From: Chitinophagaceae bacterium
GTDB lineage: Bacteria; Bacteroidota; Bacteroidia; Chitinophagales; Chitinophagaceae
DNA length: 64,000 bases
Assembly: GCA_025933775.1 (NCBI GenBank)
Contig: JAICZH010000001.1
Span: forward strand, 7,237 to 71,236
Reading direction: 5' to 3'
Shown here: in pieces, positions 38,870-48,183 of the stretch
How positions within the stretch are numbered: the stretch's first letter is position 1
How the letters are laid out: each line of letters begins with the position of its first letter
Made by a program: the position numbers and the translations under genes
Notes under the pieces: model-generated
Databases searched by the model: none
Told to the model about the DNA's origin: nothing
Seen by the model: the letters and a program-made list of their open reading frames with translations, nothing else

Positions 38870-38976
38870 AAAATTTATTGATTTAAATATTTTTCATAAA
38901 AATAATAATTTTATTGAACATTTTCTATATTTTAAATAATTTATTTAAAATATTTTTTTTATAAAGTGATAAATAT

Positions 38977-38997
38977 TAGATTTGTGTTATAAATTTG
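38977..38997 (+). promoter_or_regulatory. Tandem -7 promoter elements upstream of the tRNA-like gene
   Basis: TAGATTTG (38977-38984) and TAAATTTG (38990-38997) both match TAnnTTTG. Confidence 0.6.
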
Positions 38998-39022
38998 CTG
39001 CAGCAGATAAGTTCTTAAAAAT

Positions 39023-39192
39023 TGTGGGGTGATGAAATTTTTGGCAGACATGCCCTCTTGTCTCGGGGGTGAGGATAACAGGATAAACATAGCATAGAGC
39101 CGTTTCGATGAAAATCGGGACGACCAGGGTCGACCACTGAACTTTGTGCTACGGCTAACTGCCTCGTGGAGGTTCGACCCCTCCCCCTACAG
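39023..39192 (+). tRNA. Atypical tRNA-like gene: Asp (GUC) anticodon and 98-nt structured variable arm
   Basis: Acceptor TGTGGGG/CCCTACA + G discriminator; D stem ATG/CAT; anticodon arm CCCTC-TTGTCTC-GGGGG; T arm GGAGG-TTCGACC-CCTCC; 170 nt total. Confidence 0.75.
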
Positions 39193-39540
39193 CAAATTAT
39201 AAGCTAACTTGTTTTAAAGTTAATAGTTTTTGTCAAATTTCATTAACCCCCTTTCTTTTATATTATTATTTATTTCTATCTCTTCTTACTTATAATTTGT
39301 ATTTTGCAAATATGTGAAGTAAATGATAACTATCGAATACAACATTATTTCCCTCTATTTATCCGTCCGTATTGGAAATAAAATACAAAACTCAAACTAA
39401 TAATAATTATCAAAGTTCCTGTTCGTTCACAAGTCCATAAATTGAGAGTTAGCTATAACTGATCAAACCAAAATTGATGGGATATATTTTAGCAAATAAG
39501 TTTTTACGGAAAATCAGATCTTGGGCTGCTGTCATAAATT

Positions 39541-39568
39541 TTTAGCATATATTTGCTAAATAATTTAG
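39541..39568. promoter_or_regulatory. umuD promoter with overlapping palindromic operators (candidate SOS box)
   Basis: TTTAGCA-N6-TGCTAAA (39541-39560) covers the -7 element TATATTTG (39548-39555); CTAA-ATAAT-TTAG at 39556-39568. Confidence 0.65.
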
Positions 39569-39581
39569 TTAAATTTATTTT

Positions 39582-40016
39582 ATGCGTACCGATAAATTTC
39601 TTTCTTCAAAATATACGGGCAGTAAAGCGATGACTCAGCTTGACATTCATTCCGCAAATGCAACCGGCTTCGGCGCTGCAGCCGATGATTACATGGAAAG
39701 AGGAATTGACCTTAATGAAGAGCTCATCCGAAACAAACCGGCAACTTTTTTTATGCGGGTAAGCAGCGATGCCATGAAAGAAGCAGGAATTTATAAAGGC
39801 GATGTAGTAATCGTTGACCGCTCCATAAAAGCAACGAATGGGAAAGTAATTATTGCCATGTTAAATGGAGATATGTTGATCCGTCGTTTTGAAAAAACAA
39901 ATAATAATATCAGGCTGGTTATTGATTCAAATAAATTGTCGCCGATAAATATTGACGCTACTTGCGAAGATTTCGCTATCTGGGGAGTAGTAACTTATGT
40001 GATTCATACGCCATGA
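39582..40016 (+). CDS. umuD: UmuD-like S24 family protein, catalytic dyad substituted
   Basis: TGFGAAADDY, LIRNKPATFFMRV, GDVVIVDRS, WGVVTYVIH; SDAM for GDSM and LIRR for TVKK. Confidence 0.85.
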   Translation: MRTDKFLSSKYTGSKAMTQLDIHSANATGFGAAADDYMERGIDLNEELIRNKPATFFMRVSSDAMKEAGIYKGDVVIVDRSIKATNGKVIIAMLNGDMLIRRFEKTNNNIRLVIDSNKLSPINIDATCEDFAIWGVVTYVIHTP

Positions 40017-40060
40017 CCCTATCCCCTGAAGAGAATAATTTTAAATGTATTCAATTATGA
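40013..40060 (+). other. 15-codon bridging ORF between umuD and umuC
   Basis: MTLSPEENNFKCIQL*; starts in an ATGA overlap with the umuD stop and ends in an ATGA overlap with umuC ATG 40057. Confidence 0.4.
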
Positions 40061-40122
40061 TTACTGACAGCCAACCAGATAAGACAGCTCTGAAATTCCC
40101 CCTTCAGGGGGTTAGGGGGTTT
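40016..40122. repeat. Inverted REP-like doublet at the umuD/umuC junction
   Basis: Degenerate reverse copy ACCCTATCCCCTGAAGAG (40016-40033) and forward copy TTCCCCCTTCAGGGGGTTAGGGGG (40096-40119). Confidence 0.65.
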
Positions 40123-41400
40123 AAAGCAATTGTTGATTGCAATAGTTTTTACTGTTCGTGCGAACGGGTTTTCAGGCCCGACCTGAAAAATAGGCCTGTA
40201 GTGGTTTTGAGCAATAATGATGGTTGTATTATTTCGCGAAGTGATGAAGCAAAGCTCCTCGGCGTGGAAATGGCAGGCCCGTATTTTAAAGCAAAAAATT
40301 TAATTGAAAAAAATAAAGTAGCTACGTTTTCATCCAACTACAATTTATACGGCGATATGAGCCGGCGGGTAATGGACACTTTAAAAATATTAATTGGCGA
40401 AAATAATGTAGAGGTGTATTCTGTAGATGAATGTTTTTTAGATGTAAGCATGATTGAGAAAAATTTGCTTTATGCGTGCGCATTGCAAATGAGAGAAACA
40501 GTAGAGCAATGGACGGGAGTGTCGGTTTCGGTAGGAATAGCGGCAACAAAAACTTTAGCAAAAATTGCCAATCATCTTGCTAAAAAAAATAAAGCAGCAA
40601 CAAAATGTATAGCAACAATTATTACCGAAGATGATGTAAGAAGCGTATTAAAAAAAACTCACGTAAAAGAAATATGGGGCGTAGGAACAGCTTATGCTGA
40701 AAAATTAATTAACTGGGGAATTACTACTGCATGGGACCTTTGCAATATGCCCGAAGAATGGATACATAAGCATATGGGAGGAGTGGTGGGCGTAAGGCTT
40801 GTGAAAGAATTAAAAGGAATACCGTGCATTGAGATGAAAGATGAATTGAAAGTAAAAAAAATGATTGCTACCACCCGTATGTTTGGCAAAAATATTACAG
40901 AGCTGGATGATATTAAAGAGGCCATTGCCACCTATGCCACAAGGGCAGCAGAAAAATTAAGAAGGCAAAAATGTGCTGCTTCTGTGGTAAGTATTTTTAT
41001 AGTGGCGAAAGAAGAAACCCATTCTGTAAATTTTAGCCATGGCACTACATTAAGCACTCATACTATTCTGCCTTTTGCCACATCTGTTACCAACGAACTT
41101 ATTGCGCCTGCGCTGCAATTGGCAGAACAAATATTTAAACCGGGCCGCGAATATAAAAAAGCAGGTGTGATGTTAAGCGGCCTTGTTCCGGATACGTCTA
41201 TTCAAAGTAATTTATTTACACCTTTATCTGAAAACAATAAACGTTTTTTAATGGAAACCCTTGACAATATTAATTTCAGCATGAGAAATGACATAGTAAA
41301 ATTTGCATCCTCCGGGCTTAGCCGCGATTGGAAAATGAGAAAAGAATTTCGTTCTCCGAGATATACTTCAAGATGGAATGAATTAAAACAAGTAGGATGA
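40045..41400 (+). CDS. umuC: Y-family DNA polymerase (UmuC-like)
   Basis: IVDCNSFYCSCE, VLSNNDGC, YSVDE, VSVGIAATKTLAKIAN, SPRYTSRWNEL; start 40045 or 40057. Confidence 0.93.
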   Translation: MYSIMITDSQPDKTALKFPLQGVRGFKAIVDCNSFYCSCERVFRPDLKNRPVVVLSNNDGCIISRSDEAKLLGVEMAGPYFKAKNLIEKNKVATFSSNYNLYGDMSRRVMDTLKILIGENNVEVYSVDECFLDVSMIEKNLLYACALQMRETVEQWTGVSVSVGIAATKTLAKIANHLAKKNKAATKCIATIITEDDVRSVLKKTHVKEIWGVGTAYAEKLINWGITTAWDLCNMPEEWIHKHMGGVVGVRLVKELKGIPCIEMKDELKVKKMIATTRMFGKNITELDDIKEAIATYATRAAEKLRRQKCAASVVSIFIVAKEETHSVNFSHGTTLSTHTILPFATSVTNELIAPALQLAEQIFKPGREYKKAGVMLSGLVPDTSIQSNLFTPLSENNKRFLMETLDNINFSMRNDIVKFASSGLSRDWKMRKEFRSPRYTSRWNELKQVG

Positions 41401-41465
41401 ACACAAGTTAAAAACAATTTAAAAACTGTGCATAAAAAACTAAATCAGAGCCAGTATCTTTACAA

Positions 41466-44400
41466 ATGTCCCGCAATAATTATCAAGTAGAAAAGTTTAA
41501 TAAAGAATACAGTCGCTTAAACGAAGAACAGAAAAAAGCAGTTGATACCATCGAAGGTCCGGTAATGGTTATCGCCGGGCCCGGCACCGGCAAAACACAA
41601 ATTCTGGCAGCACGCATTGGAAAAATTTTATTGGAAACGGATACACTTCCGCAAAATATTTTATGCCTTACTTATACTGACGCGGGCTCGCTTGCCATGA
41701 GAAAAAGATTGCTGCACTTCATCGGGCCTGATGCGTATAAAGTAAACATTTATACTTTTCATGCTTTTTGCAACGACATCATTCAGGATAATTTATCTCT
41801 CTTTGAAAAAACTTCTTTGAACCCTATTTCCGAACTGGAAAAAATTCAATTGTATAAAATACTTATTGATCGTCTTCCAAAAAATAATCTTTTAAAAAGA
41901 TATCGCGGCGATGTGTATTACGAAATAAATAATCTCGCTCATTTATTTTCAGCAATGAAACGGGAAGGCTGGTCGCCGGCATTTATTACAAGCCGTATTG
42001 ACGTATATCTTGAAAGAATAAAAGACGATGAAAATTTTAAATATAAACGATCAGGAAAAGATTTTAATAAAGGCGATTACAATCCCGGGTATGAAGTGGA
42101 AATAAATAAGATGGAAAAGCTTTGCGCAGCAGTGAATGAGTTTAATAATTTTCAGGCATTAATGAAAGAGCGCAATCTTTATGATTTTGATGATATGATA
42201 AATTGGGTGATAAATGTGTTTAAAGAAAATAAAAATATTCTTGCCAATTACCAGGAAAGATTTCAATACATACTTGTGGATGAATACCAGGATACGAGCG
42301 GAACGCAAAACCAAATCGTTCAATTGCTGATTAGTTTTTGGGAATCGCCAAACATTTTTGTTGTTGGCGATGACGATCAAAGCATCTTTCGTTTTCAGGG
42401 AGCCAATATTGAAAACATGGAAAACTTTGCTTTCGGTTATGAAGATCTTTTGAAGATTGTGCTTACTGATAATTATCGTTCTACTCAACCAATACTCGAT
42501 GTTTCAAAATCATTGATTGATAAAAATAAGGAAAGGCTTATTAATAAATTTGAAGGGCTTACCAAAAATCTTATTTCGGCAAATGAATTGGTAAAACATT
42601 TAAAACATCAGCCGGTAATTGTAGAATATAATACTTCTAAAGATGAAATGGCGGACATTGTCAACAAAATTGAAAGCCTTGTTGAGAGCGGGGTTGAGCC
42701 TGCAAGAATTTCCGTTATCTACAAAGAAAATGTGTATGGCGAACAACTTATAAGATATTTCAGGCTTAAAAACATTCCAGTTTACTCCAGGCGAAGCATT
42801 GATATTTTGCAAGATCCTTTTGCAAAAAAAATATTGCAAATTTTGCGCTACCTCGCTGCGGAGCATGATATTCCTTACGGCGGCGATGAATTACTTTTTG
42901 AAATAATGCATTTTGATTTTTATACAATTCCTCCTATTGAAATTGCAAAACTAACGGTAGCCGTAAACGAAAAAAAACATAGCGGCCAATCCACTTCAAT
43001 AAGAAAATTATTGTACGATAAAGCCAATGCAGTTGCAAAAGATTTATTTGATACAGGAATAAATCCCGCTATGAAAGGATTCAGTAAAAGAATAGAGCAG
43101 TTGATTGCTGATGTGAGCAACTGTACTTTACAAAAGCTTTTTGAAAATATTATAACTAATGCAGGTGTATTAAATTATATCATGAAGAACGATGAAAAAA
43201 TTCGTTTGCTGCAAATACTCACTGCACTCTTTGATTTTATAAAAGAAGAAACATCCAGAAATCCTTCGCTCGATATACAAGGGCTTGTTGGTGTTTTTGA
43301 ATTAATGTATAACGAAAAAATTCCTTTGCCGCTCATGCAGGTTTCAGGAAGTGATAAAGGAGTAAATCTCTTAACGGCTCATAGTTCCAAAGGATTGGAA
43401 TTTGAATATGTTTTCATCACCGGCGTTAATGCTTATTTGTGGGAAAAGAAACCGAAGAGAAGTAATGGATATAAGTTGCCCGATACATTATTTGCGAGTA
43501 TGCCTACCGGTGATGCTGATGAAGAATTGCGCCGTTTATTTTATGTAGCGCTCACGAGAGCCGAAAAAAATTTACAGGTTTCATACATAAGATTAAGGCC
43601 CGATGGTAAAGAAGCAGAACATTCCATGTTCATTGCAGAGATAGTGCTGGCAAGGGATTTGGCCATTCAGCGCATTGCTTTGCCCGAAGAAGAATTGATG
43701 GAATTTGAAATGCTCAACTTCAGCGAGCTGGCTCCTGAAATAGAAAAAACCGAAGAAGAATTTATAAATTCTTTGCTCGATAAATATGTAATGAATGTAA
43801 CATCGCTTAATAATTATTTGAATTGCCCGTTAGAATTTTATTTTAAAAATTTATTGAGGATTCCCTCCGGAAAATCGGAGAATACTGAGTTTGGAAGCGC
43901 CATTCATTTTGCTGTTCAAAAACTTTTTGAAGACATGCAAAAAAATGATGATCAAAAATTTCCTGCAAAAGAAATTATGATTGGTTATTTTAATTGGTAT
44001 ATGAACCGGCATCGTGAAAATTTTACTAAAGAAGCTTTTGCAAGAAGAATGGAATATGGTGAAAAAGTATTGGCAGATTATTATGAAAATTATATTCATA
44101 CATGGAATAAAATAGTTTCGGTAGAAAGAAATATAAAAAATGTAATTGTAAACGGCGTGCCATTAAAAGGCAAGATTGATAAGCTGGAATTTAATGGCAA
44201 AGAAGTGAATGTGATTGATTATAAAACCGGTAATGTAACCAGTAAATATACCAACCAAAAACTAACCCCGCCAAATGAAGATAATCCTAATGGTGGCGAT
44301 TACTGGCGGCAGGCCGTGTTTTATAAAATGCTTGTTGATAATTTAGATGGCAAAGGATGGCAGGTTATCAGCACCGAATTTGATTTTATTGAACCTGATA

Positions 44401-44615
44401 AAAGAAAAAATTATCAAAAAAGAAAAATTTATATAACGCCCGAAGATATTGCGATTGTTACCGAACAACTAACAATGGTTTGGAAAAAAATTCAGGCGCA
44501 TGATTTTTATACCGGCTGCGGAAAACAAGATTGCCACTGGTGCAACTTTGTAAAAGATAATAAGCTTGAAATTGCTTTGCACGAAATTTCAGAAAATGCT
44601 GAAGCAGAGATTTAA
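41466..44615 (+). CDS. UvrD/Rep-family helicase fused to a PD-(D/E)xK nuclease domain
   Basis: AGPGTGKT, VDEYQD, VGDDDQSIFRFQGA, EELRRLFYVALTRAE; C-terminal GKIDKL...IDYKTG; Cys in LNCP and GCGKQDCHWC. Confidence 0.92.
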   Translation: MSRNNYQVEKFNKEYSRLNEEQKKAVDTIEGPVMVIAGPGTGKTQILAARIGKILLETDTLPQNILCLTYTDAGSLAMRKRLLHFIGPDAYKVNIYTFHAFCNDIIQDNLSLFEKTSLNPISELEKIQLYKILIDRLPKNNLLKRYRGDVYYEINNLAHLFSAMKREGWSPAFITSRIDVYLERIKDDENFKYKRSGKDFNKGDYNPGYEVEINKMEKLCAAVNEFNNFQALMKERNLYDFDDMINWVINVFKENKNILANYQERFQYILVDEYQDTSGTQNQIVQLLISFWESPNIFVVGDDDQSIFRFQGANIENMENFAFGYEDLLKIVLTDNYRSTQPILDVSKSLIDKNKERLINKFEGLTKNLISANELVKHLKHQPVIVEYNTSKDEMADIVNKIESLVESGVEPARISVIYKENVYGEQLIRYFRLKNIPVYSRRSIDILQDPFAKKILQILRYLAAEHDIPYGGDELLFEIMHFDFYTIPPIEIAKLTVAVNEKKHSGQSTSIRKLLYDKANAVAKDLFDTGINPAMKGFSKRIEQLIADVSNCTLQKLFENIITNAGVLNYIMKNDEKIRLLQILTALFDFIKEETSRNPSLDIQGLVGVFELMYNEKIPLPLMQVSGSDKGVNLLTAHSSKGLEFEYVFITGVNAYLWEKKPKRSNGYKLPDTLFASMPTGDADEELRRLFYVALTRAEKNLQVSYIRLRPDGKEAEHSMFIAEIVLARDLAIQRIALPEEELMEFEMLNFSELAPEIEKTEEEFINSLLDKYVMNVTSLNNYLNCPLEFYFKNLLRIPSGKSENTEFGSAIHFAVQKLFEDMQKNDDQKFPAKEIMIGYFNWYMNRHRENFTKEAFARRMEYGEKVLADYYENYIHTWNKIVSVERNIKNVIVNGVPLKGKIDKLEFNGKEVNVIDYKTGNVTSKYTNQKLTPPNEDNPNGGDYWRQAVFYKMLVDNLDGKGWQVISTEFDFIEPDKRKNYQKRKIYITPEDIAIVTEQLTMVWKKIQAHDFYTGCGKQDCHWCNFVKDNKLEIALHEISENAEAEI

Positions 44616-44679
44616 ATTTAATTTAGGGAATAGAAAAATTATTATAATCACAAAGCAATTATGTTTGTCTTTTACAAAA

Positions 44680-46068
44680 ATGAATTTTAGAAATTGTACA
44701 TTTTTTATTGTTGTATGTTTTGCCTTTTATGCAATTTCAATTTTAGGAAATAGCTGCGCGCAAATAGGCGCCCCAACGGGCGGCCCGAAAGATTCTATCC
44801 CACCGGTGCTCTTAAATGCCAATCCGCCAAATGGAACCATTCATTTTAAAGGCAATCGCATTACGCTTACTTATGATGAATATGTGCAATTGCAGAAATT
44901 ACAAGATAATTTGTTAGTAAATCCTACTCCGAAAATTACGCCCAATGTAGATTCTAAATTAAAAATCGTTACCATTAAAATACGCGATACCCTGCAACCC
45001 AATACCACCTATCGTTTCGACTTTGGAAATGCCATAGCAGATATCAATGAAGGAAATGTTGTAAAAAATTTTTCATACATTTTTTCTACCGGCTCTTATA
45101 TTGATTCACTTCAATTTTCAGGAAATGTGTTGCTGGCTGAAACAGGCAAACCCGATTCTACTTTATTAGTTTTTTTGTACAAAGACCTTGATGATTCTGC
45201 AGTAATGAAACATAAGCCGCAATACACAACCCGGCTGGATAGCGCCGGTAATTTTACTTTTCATAATCTTGCTCCCGGCATCTATAATGTGTTTGCTTTA
45301 AAAGATGAAAGCGGCCAAAAAATATATAATAATGCCGATGAATTATTTGCATTTGCCGATAGCGCAATTCATGTAAATAACAACACACCATCCGTAAAAT
45401 TATTTGCGTATGCAGAAGAAAAACCTAAACCAAAAAGTTCTTCAACCACATCTTCTTCCGATAAAAAATTAAAATATAAAACTTCTATTGAAAATGGGCG
45501 ACAGGATTTATTAACGCCGCTAACAATAGAATTTAATCACAAGCTAAAAAATTTTGATAGCCTGAAAATTCAATTAACCGATACGCTTTTGAATCCTTAT
45601 AAATCAGCAACGGTAAGCATTGACAGTACCAAAGAAAAAATAACTATTCAAAATACATGGGTTGATAATGCTGATTACAGGTTGCTGATCGAAAAAGATT
45701 TTGCAACCGATACACTTGGCGCGGGGTTATCCAAAAATGATACAATTCATTTTAAAACAAAAAAAGAAAGCGATTATGGAAGCATTACTATTAATTTTAA
45801 AAACTTAGAAAAATTTAAAAATCCTGTTTTGGAATTTGTATCAAATCATGAAGTGGTAAATGCTTTCCCATTAACTTCACCCACATGGAACGCGAAACTT
45901 TTTAATCCCGGAGACTATGAATTAAGAATTCTGGACGATACTAATAAAAACGGAATTTGGGACCCCGGAAATTATCATTTAAAACTTCAGCCAGAAAAAG
46001 TTTTTGCTATTAAGCAAAAATTAAACATCCGCGTAGATTGGGATAATGAAAGAGATATAATTTTGTAA
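44680..46068 (+). CDS. Ig-like (Big_5) domain lipoprotein
   Basis: Lipobox-like GNSC followed by AQIGAPTGGPKD, FGNAIADINEGN; ATG 44680 preferred. Confidence 0.8.
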   Translation: MNFRNCTFFIVVCFAFYAISILGNSCAQIGAPTGGPKDSIPPVLLNANPPNGTIHFKGNRITLTYDEYVQLQKLQDNLLVNPTPKITPNVDSKLKIVTIKIRDTLQPNTTYRFDFGNAIADINEGNVVKNFSYIFSTGSYIDSLQFSGNVLLAETGKPDSTLLVFLYKDLDDSAVMKHKPQYTTRLDSAGNFTFHNLAPGIYNVFALKDESGQKIYNNADELFAFADSAIHVNNNTPSVKLFAYAEEKPKPKSSSTTSSSDKKLKYKTSIENGRQDLLTPLTIEFNHKLKNFDSLKIQLTDTLLNPYKSATVSIDSTKEKITIQNTWVDNADYRLLIEKDFATDTLGAGLSKNDTIHFKTKKESDYGSITINFKNLEKFKNPVLEFVSNHEVVNAFPLTSPTWNAKLFNPGDYELRILDDTNKNGIWDPGNYHLKLQPEKVFAIKQKLNIRVDWDNERDIIL

Positions 46069-46107
46069 TTGGCTAATTCATAAAATCAAAATTCATAATT
46101 TTATTCA

Positions 46108-46731
46108 ATGATCTTTTCTTCAGCACTTTTAGAAAATGCCGTGAATGAATTTGCAAAACTGCCGGGCATAGGAAAAAAAACCGCGCTACGGCTGGTGCTT
46201 CATTTAATGAAAAAAGATATAAGCGATGTAAAAAATTTCAGCGATGCGATTTTAAAAATGCGTGAAGAAATTATTTTTTGCAATCGCTGCTATAATATTT
46301 CTGATAAATCATTATGCAACATTTGCAATGATAGATTGCGTCAGCAACATATCATTTGCGTGGTAGAAAACATTCGTGATGTAATTGCAATAGAAAGCAC
46401 GCAACAATATAACGGGCTGTATCATGTTTTAGGTGGAATTATTTCACCGCTTGATGGAGTAGGCCCGGATCAATTGCAAATTGATTCGCTTATAAAAAGA
46501 GTAACGGAAGAAAAAACTGAAGAGCTTATTTTTGCTTTAAGCCCCAACATACAAGGCGATACCACTATTTTTTATATAAGTAAAAAATTAAAACTGCAAC
46601 CCATAAAAATTACTACGATAGCTCGCGGAATTGCTTTTGGCGGCGAGTTGGAATATGCAGATGAAATGACTTTAGCGCGCAGCATTTTCAACCGCATTCC
46701 GGTAGAAAATTATGTAAAGAATAATGAATAA
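46108..46731 (+). CDS. recR: Recombination mediator RecR
   Basis: [16 protein letters not shown]...CNIC zinc finger, [21 protein letters not shown]. Confidence 0.96.
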   Translation: MIFSSALLENAVNEFAKLPGIGKKTALRLVLHLMKKDISDVKNFSDAILKMREEIIFCNRCYNISDKSLCNICNDRLRQQHIICVVENIRDVIAIESTQQYNGLYHVLGGIISPLDGVGPDQLQIDSLIKRVTEEKTEELIFALSPNIQGDTTIFYISKKLKLQPIKITTIARGIAFGGELEYADEMTLARSIFNRIPVENYVKNNE

Positions 46732-46896
46732 AATAAAACTTTACAGTAAATATTTTTTTATGAAACAAATAAAAAATATTGAACATAGAATAAGAATGAT
46801 AAATTATTTTTCCAATAAATTTCATTCTGTTTATTACCTGTTGTAAAGAAAATTTTAATTGACTAACTTGCATCCGATCAATTTAATTGTTTTAGT

Positions 46897-47991
46897 TTGA
46901 GTAATAGTTCAACAGAAAATAAACCAATAATAGGATTTACCTGCGGCGATCTTAATGGAATTGGAATTGAACTGATATTAAAAACACTGTCCGATAATCG
47001 TATCCTCGATTTTTGCACCCCCGTAATTTTTGCAAGCAACAAGGTTATCAATTTTTATAGAAAAATTATTGGCGATATTAATTTTAGTTTTACCAGCATT
47101 AAAGACCTTAGCAAATTAAACCCGCGCCAGGCAAATATTTTCAATTGCTGGGAAGAAGAAGTGGCCATTAACCCTGCCACATTAAATGAAACCGGCGGCC
47201 AGTATGCTGTGAAAAGTTTGTTGGCAGCAACCCTGGCTTTAAAAGAAAAAAAAATTAATGCTTTAGTTACTGCACCCCTTCATAAAAAAAATGTACAAAG
47301 CTCAAATTTTTCATACACGGGCCATACTCCTTTTCTCAAAAATTTTTTTGAAGTAAAAGATGTATTGATGCTGCTTACTGCAGAAAATTTAAGAGTAGGA
47401 TTGGTTACTGAACACTTGCCTGTAAAAGAAATTGTGAACCATATTACAAAAGAAAATATTATCAGCAAGCTTTCTATATTATATGCTTCATTAAAAAAAG
47501 ATTTTAATATTGATAAACCTAAAATTGCAGTGCTTGCTTTAAACCCACATGCAGGCGATGAAGGATTAATAGGCAATGAAGAAGAAGAAATTATTAAACC
47601 CGCCATTAAGGAAGCCAGGCAAAAAAATATATTAGCAATGGGGCCTTTTAGCGCAGATGCTTTTTTTGCAAGAGGCCAGTACAATAAATTTGATGCTGTT
47701 TTAGCCATGTATCACGACCAGGGGTTAATTCCATTTAAATCATTGGCATTGGGCGATGGAGTAAATTTTACGGCAGGATTACCTGCCGTGCGCACCAGTC
47801 CCGATCATGGAACTGCTTTCGACATTGCCGGCAAAAATAAAGCCGACCCTTCTTCATTTAGCGCTGCAATATTTACCGCTATTGAAATTTTAAATAACCA
47901 AAAACGATATGAAGATAATCGGCGTAACCCTATAAATAAGCTGAGCAATAATATAGTTGCAAGTGCAGTTGATGAAAAAATAACTGAATAA
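46897..47991 (+). CDS. pdxA: 4-hydroxythreonine-4-phosphate dehydrogenase
   Basis: GDLNGIGIE, GHT, LNPHAGD, AMYHDQGLIPFK, RTSPDHGTAFDIAG. Confidence 0.96.
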   Translation: MSNSSTENKPIIGFTCGDLNGIGIELILKTLSDNRILDFCTPVIFASNKVINFYRKIIGDINFSFTSIKDLSKLNPRQANIFNCWEEEVAINPATLNETGGQYAVKSLLAATLALKEKKINALVTAPLHKKNVQSSNFSYTGHTPFLKNFFEVKDVLMLLTAENLRVGLVTEHLPVKEIVNHITKENIISKLSILYASLKKDFNIDKPKIAVLALNPHAGDEGLIGNEEEEIIKPAIKEARQKNILAMGPFSADAFFARGQYNKFDAVLAMYHDQGLIPFKSLALGDGVNFTAGLPAVRTSPDHGTAFDIAGKNKADPSSFSAAIFTAIEILNNQKRYEDNRRNPINKLSNNIVASAVDEKITE

Positions 47992-48183
47992 AATTAATAG
48001 GTTAGCGGTTTCTGTATGAAATAAATGAGCTGCTAAAGCGTTATAATCTCGTTCCACAAAAAATGAAAGAATAAAATTTCTTTTTTACTTACAAAAAACA
48101 AGTGGATAATTTTAATAGAATATAGTTTTACTTGAAACTAAATTATATTTTTGTAACCGGATTGCTTATTTTAAAATTGAGGC

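Noticed and set aside
39070-39167. The tRNA-like insert as a group I or archaeal-type intron
   Set aside because: It is only 98 nt, lies in the variable arm rather than the anticodon loop, and shows no recognisable group I core or bulge-helix-bulge motif.
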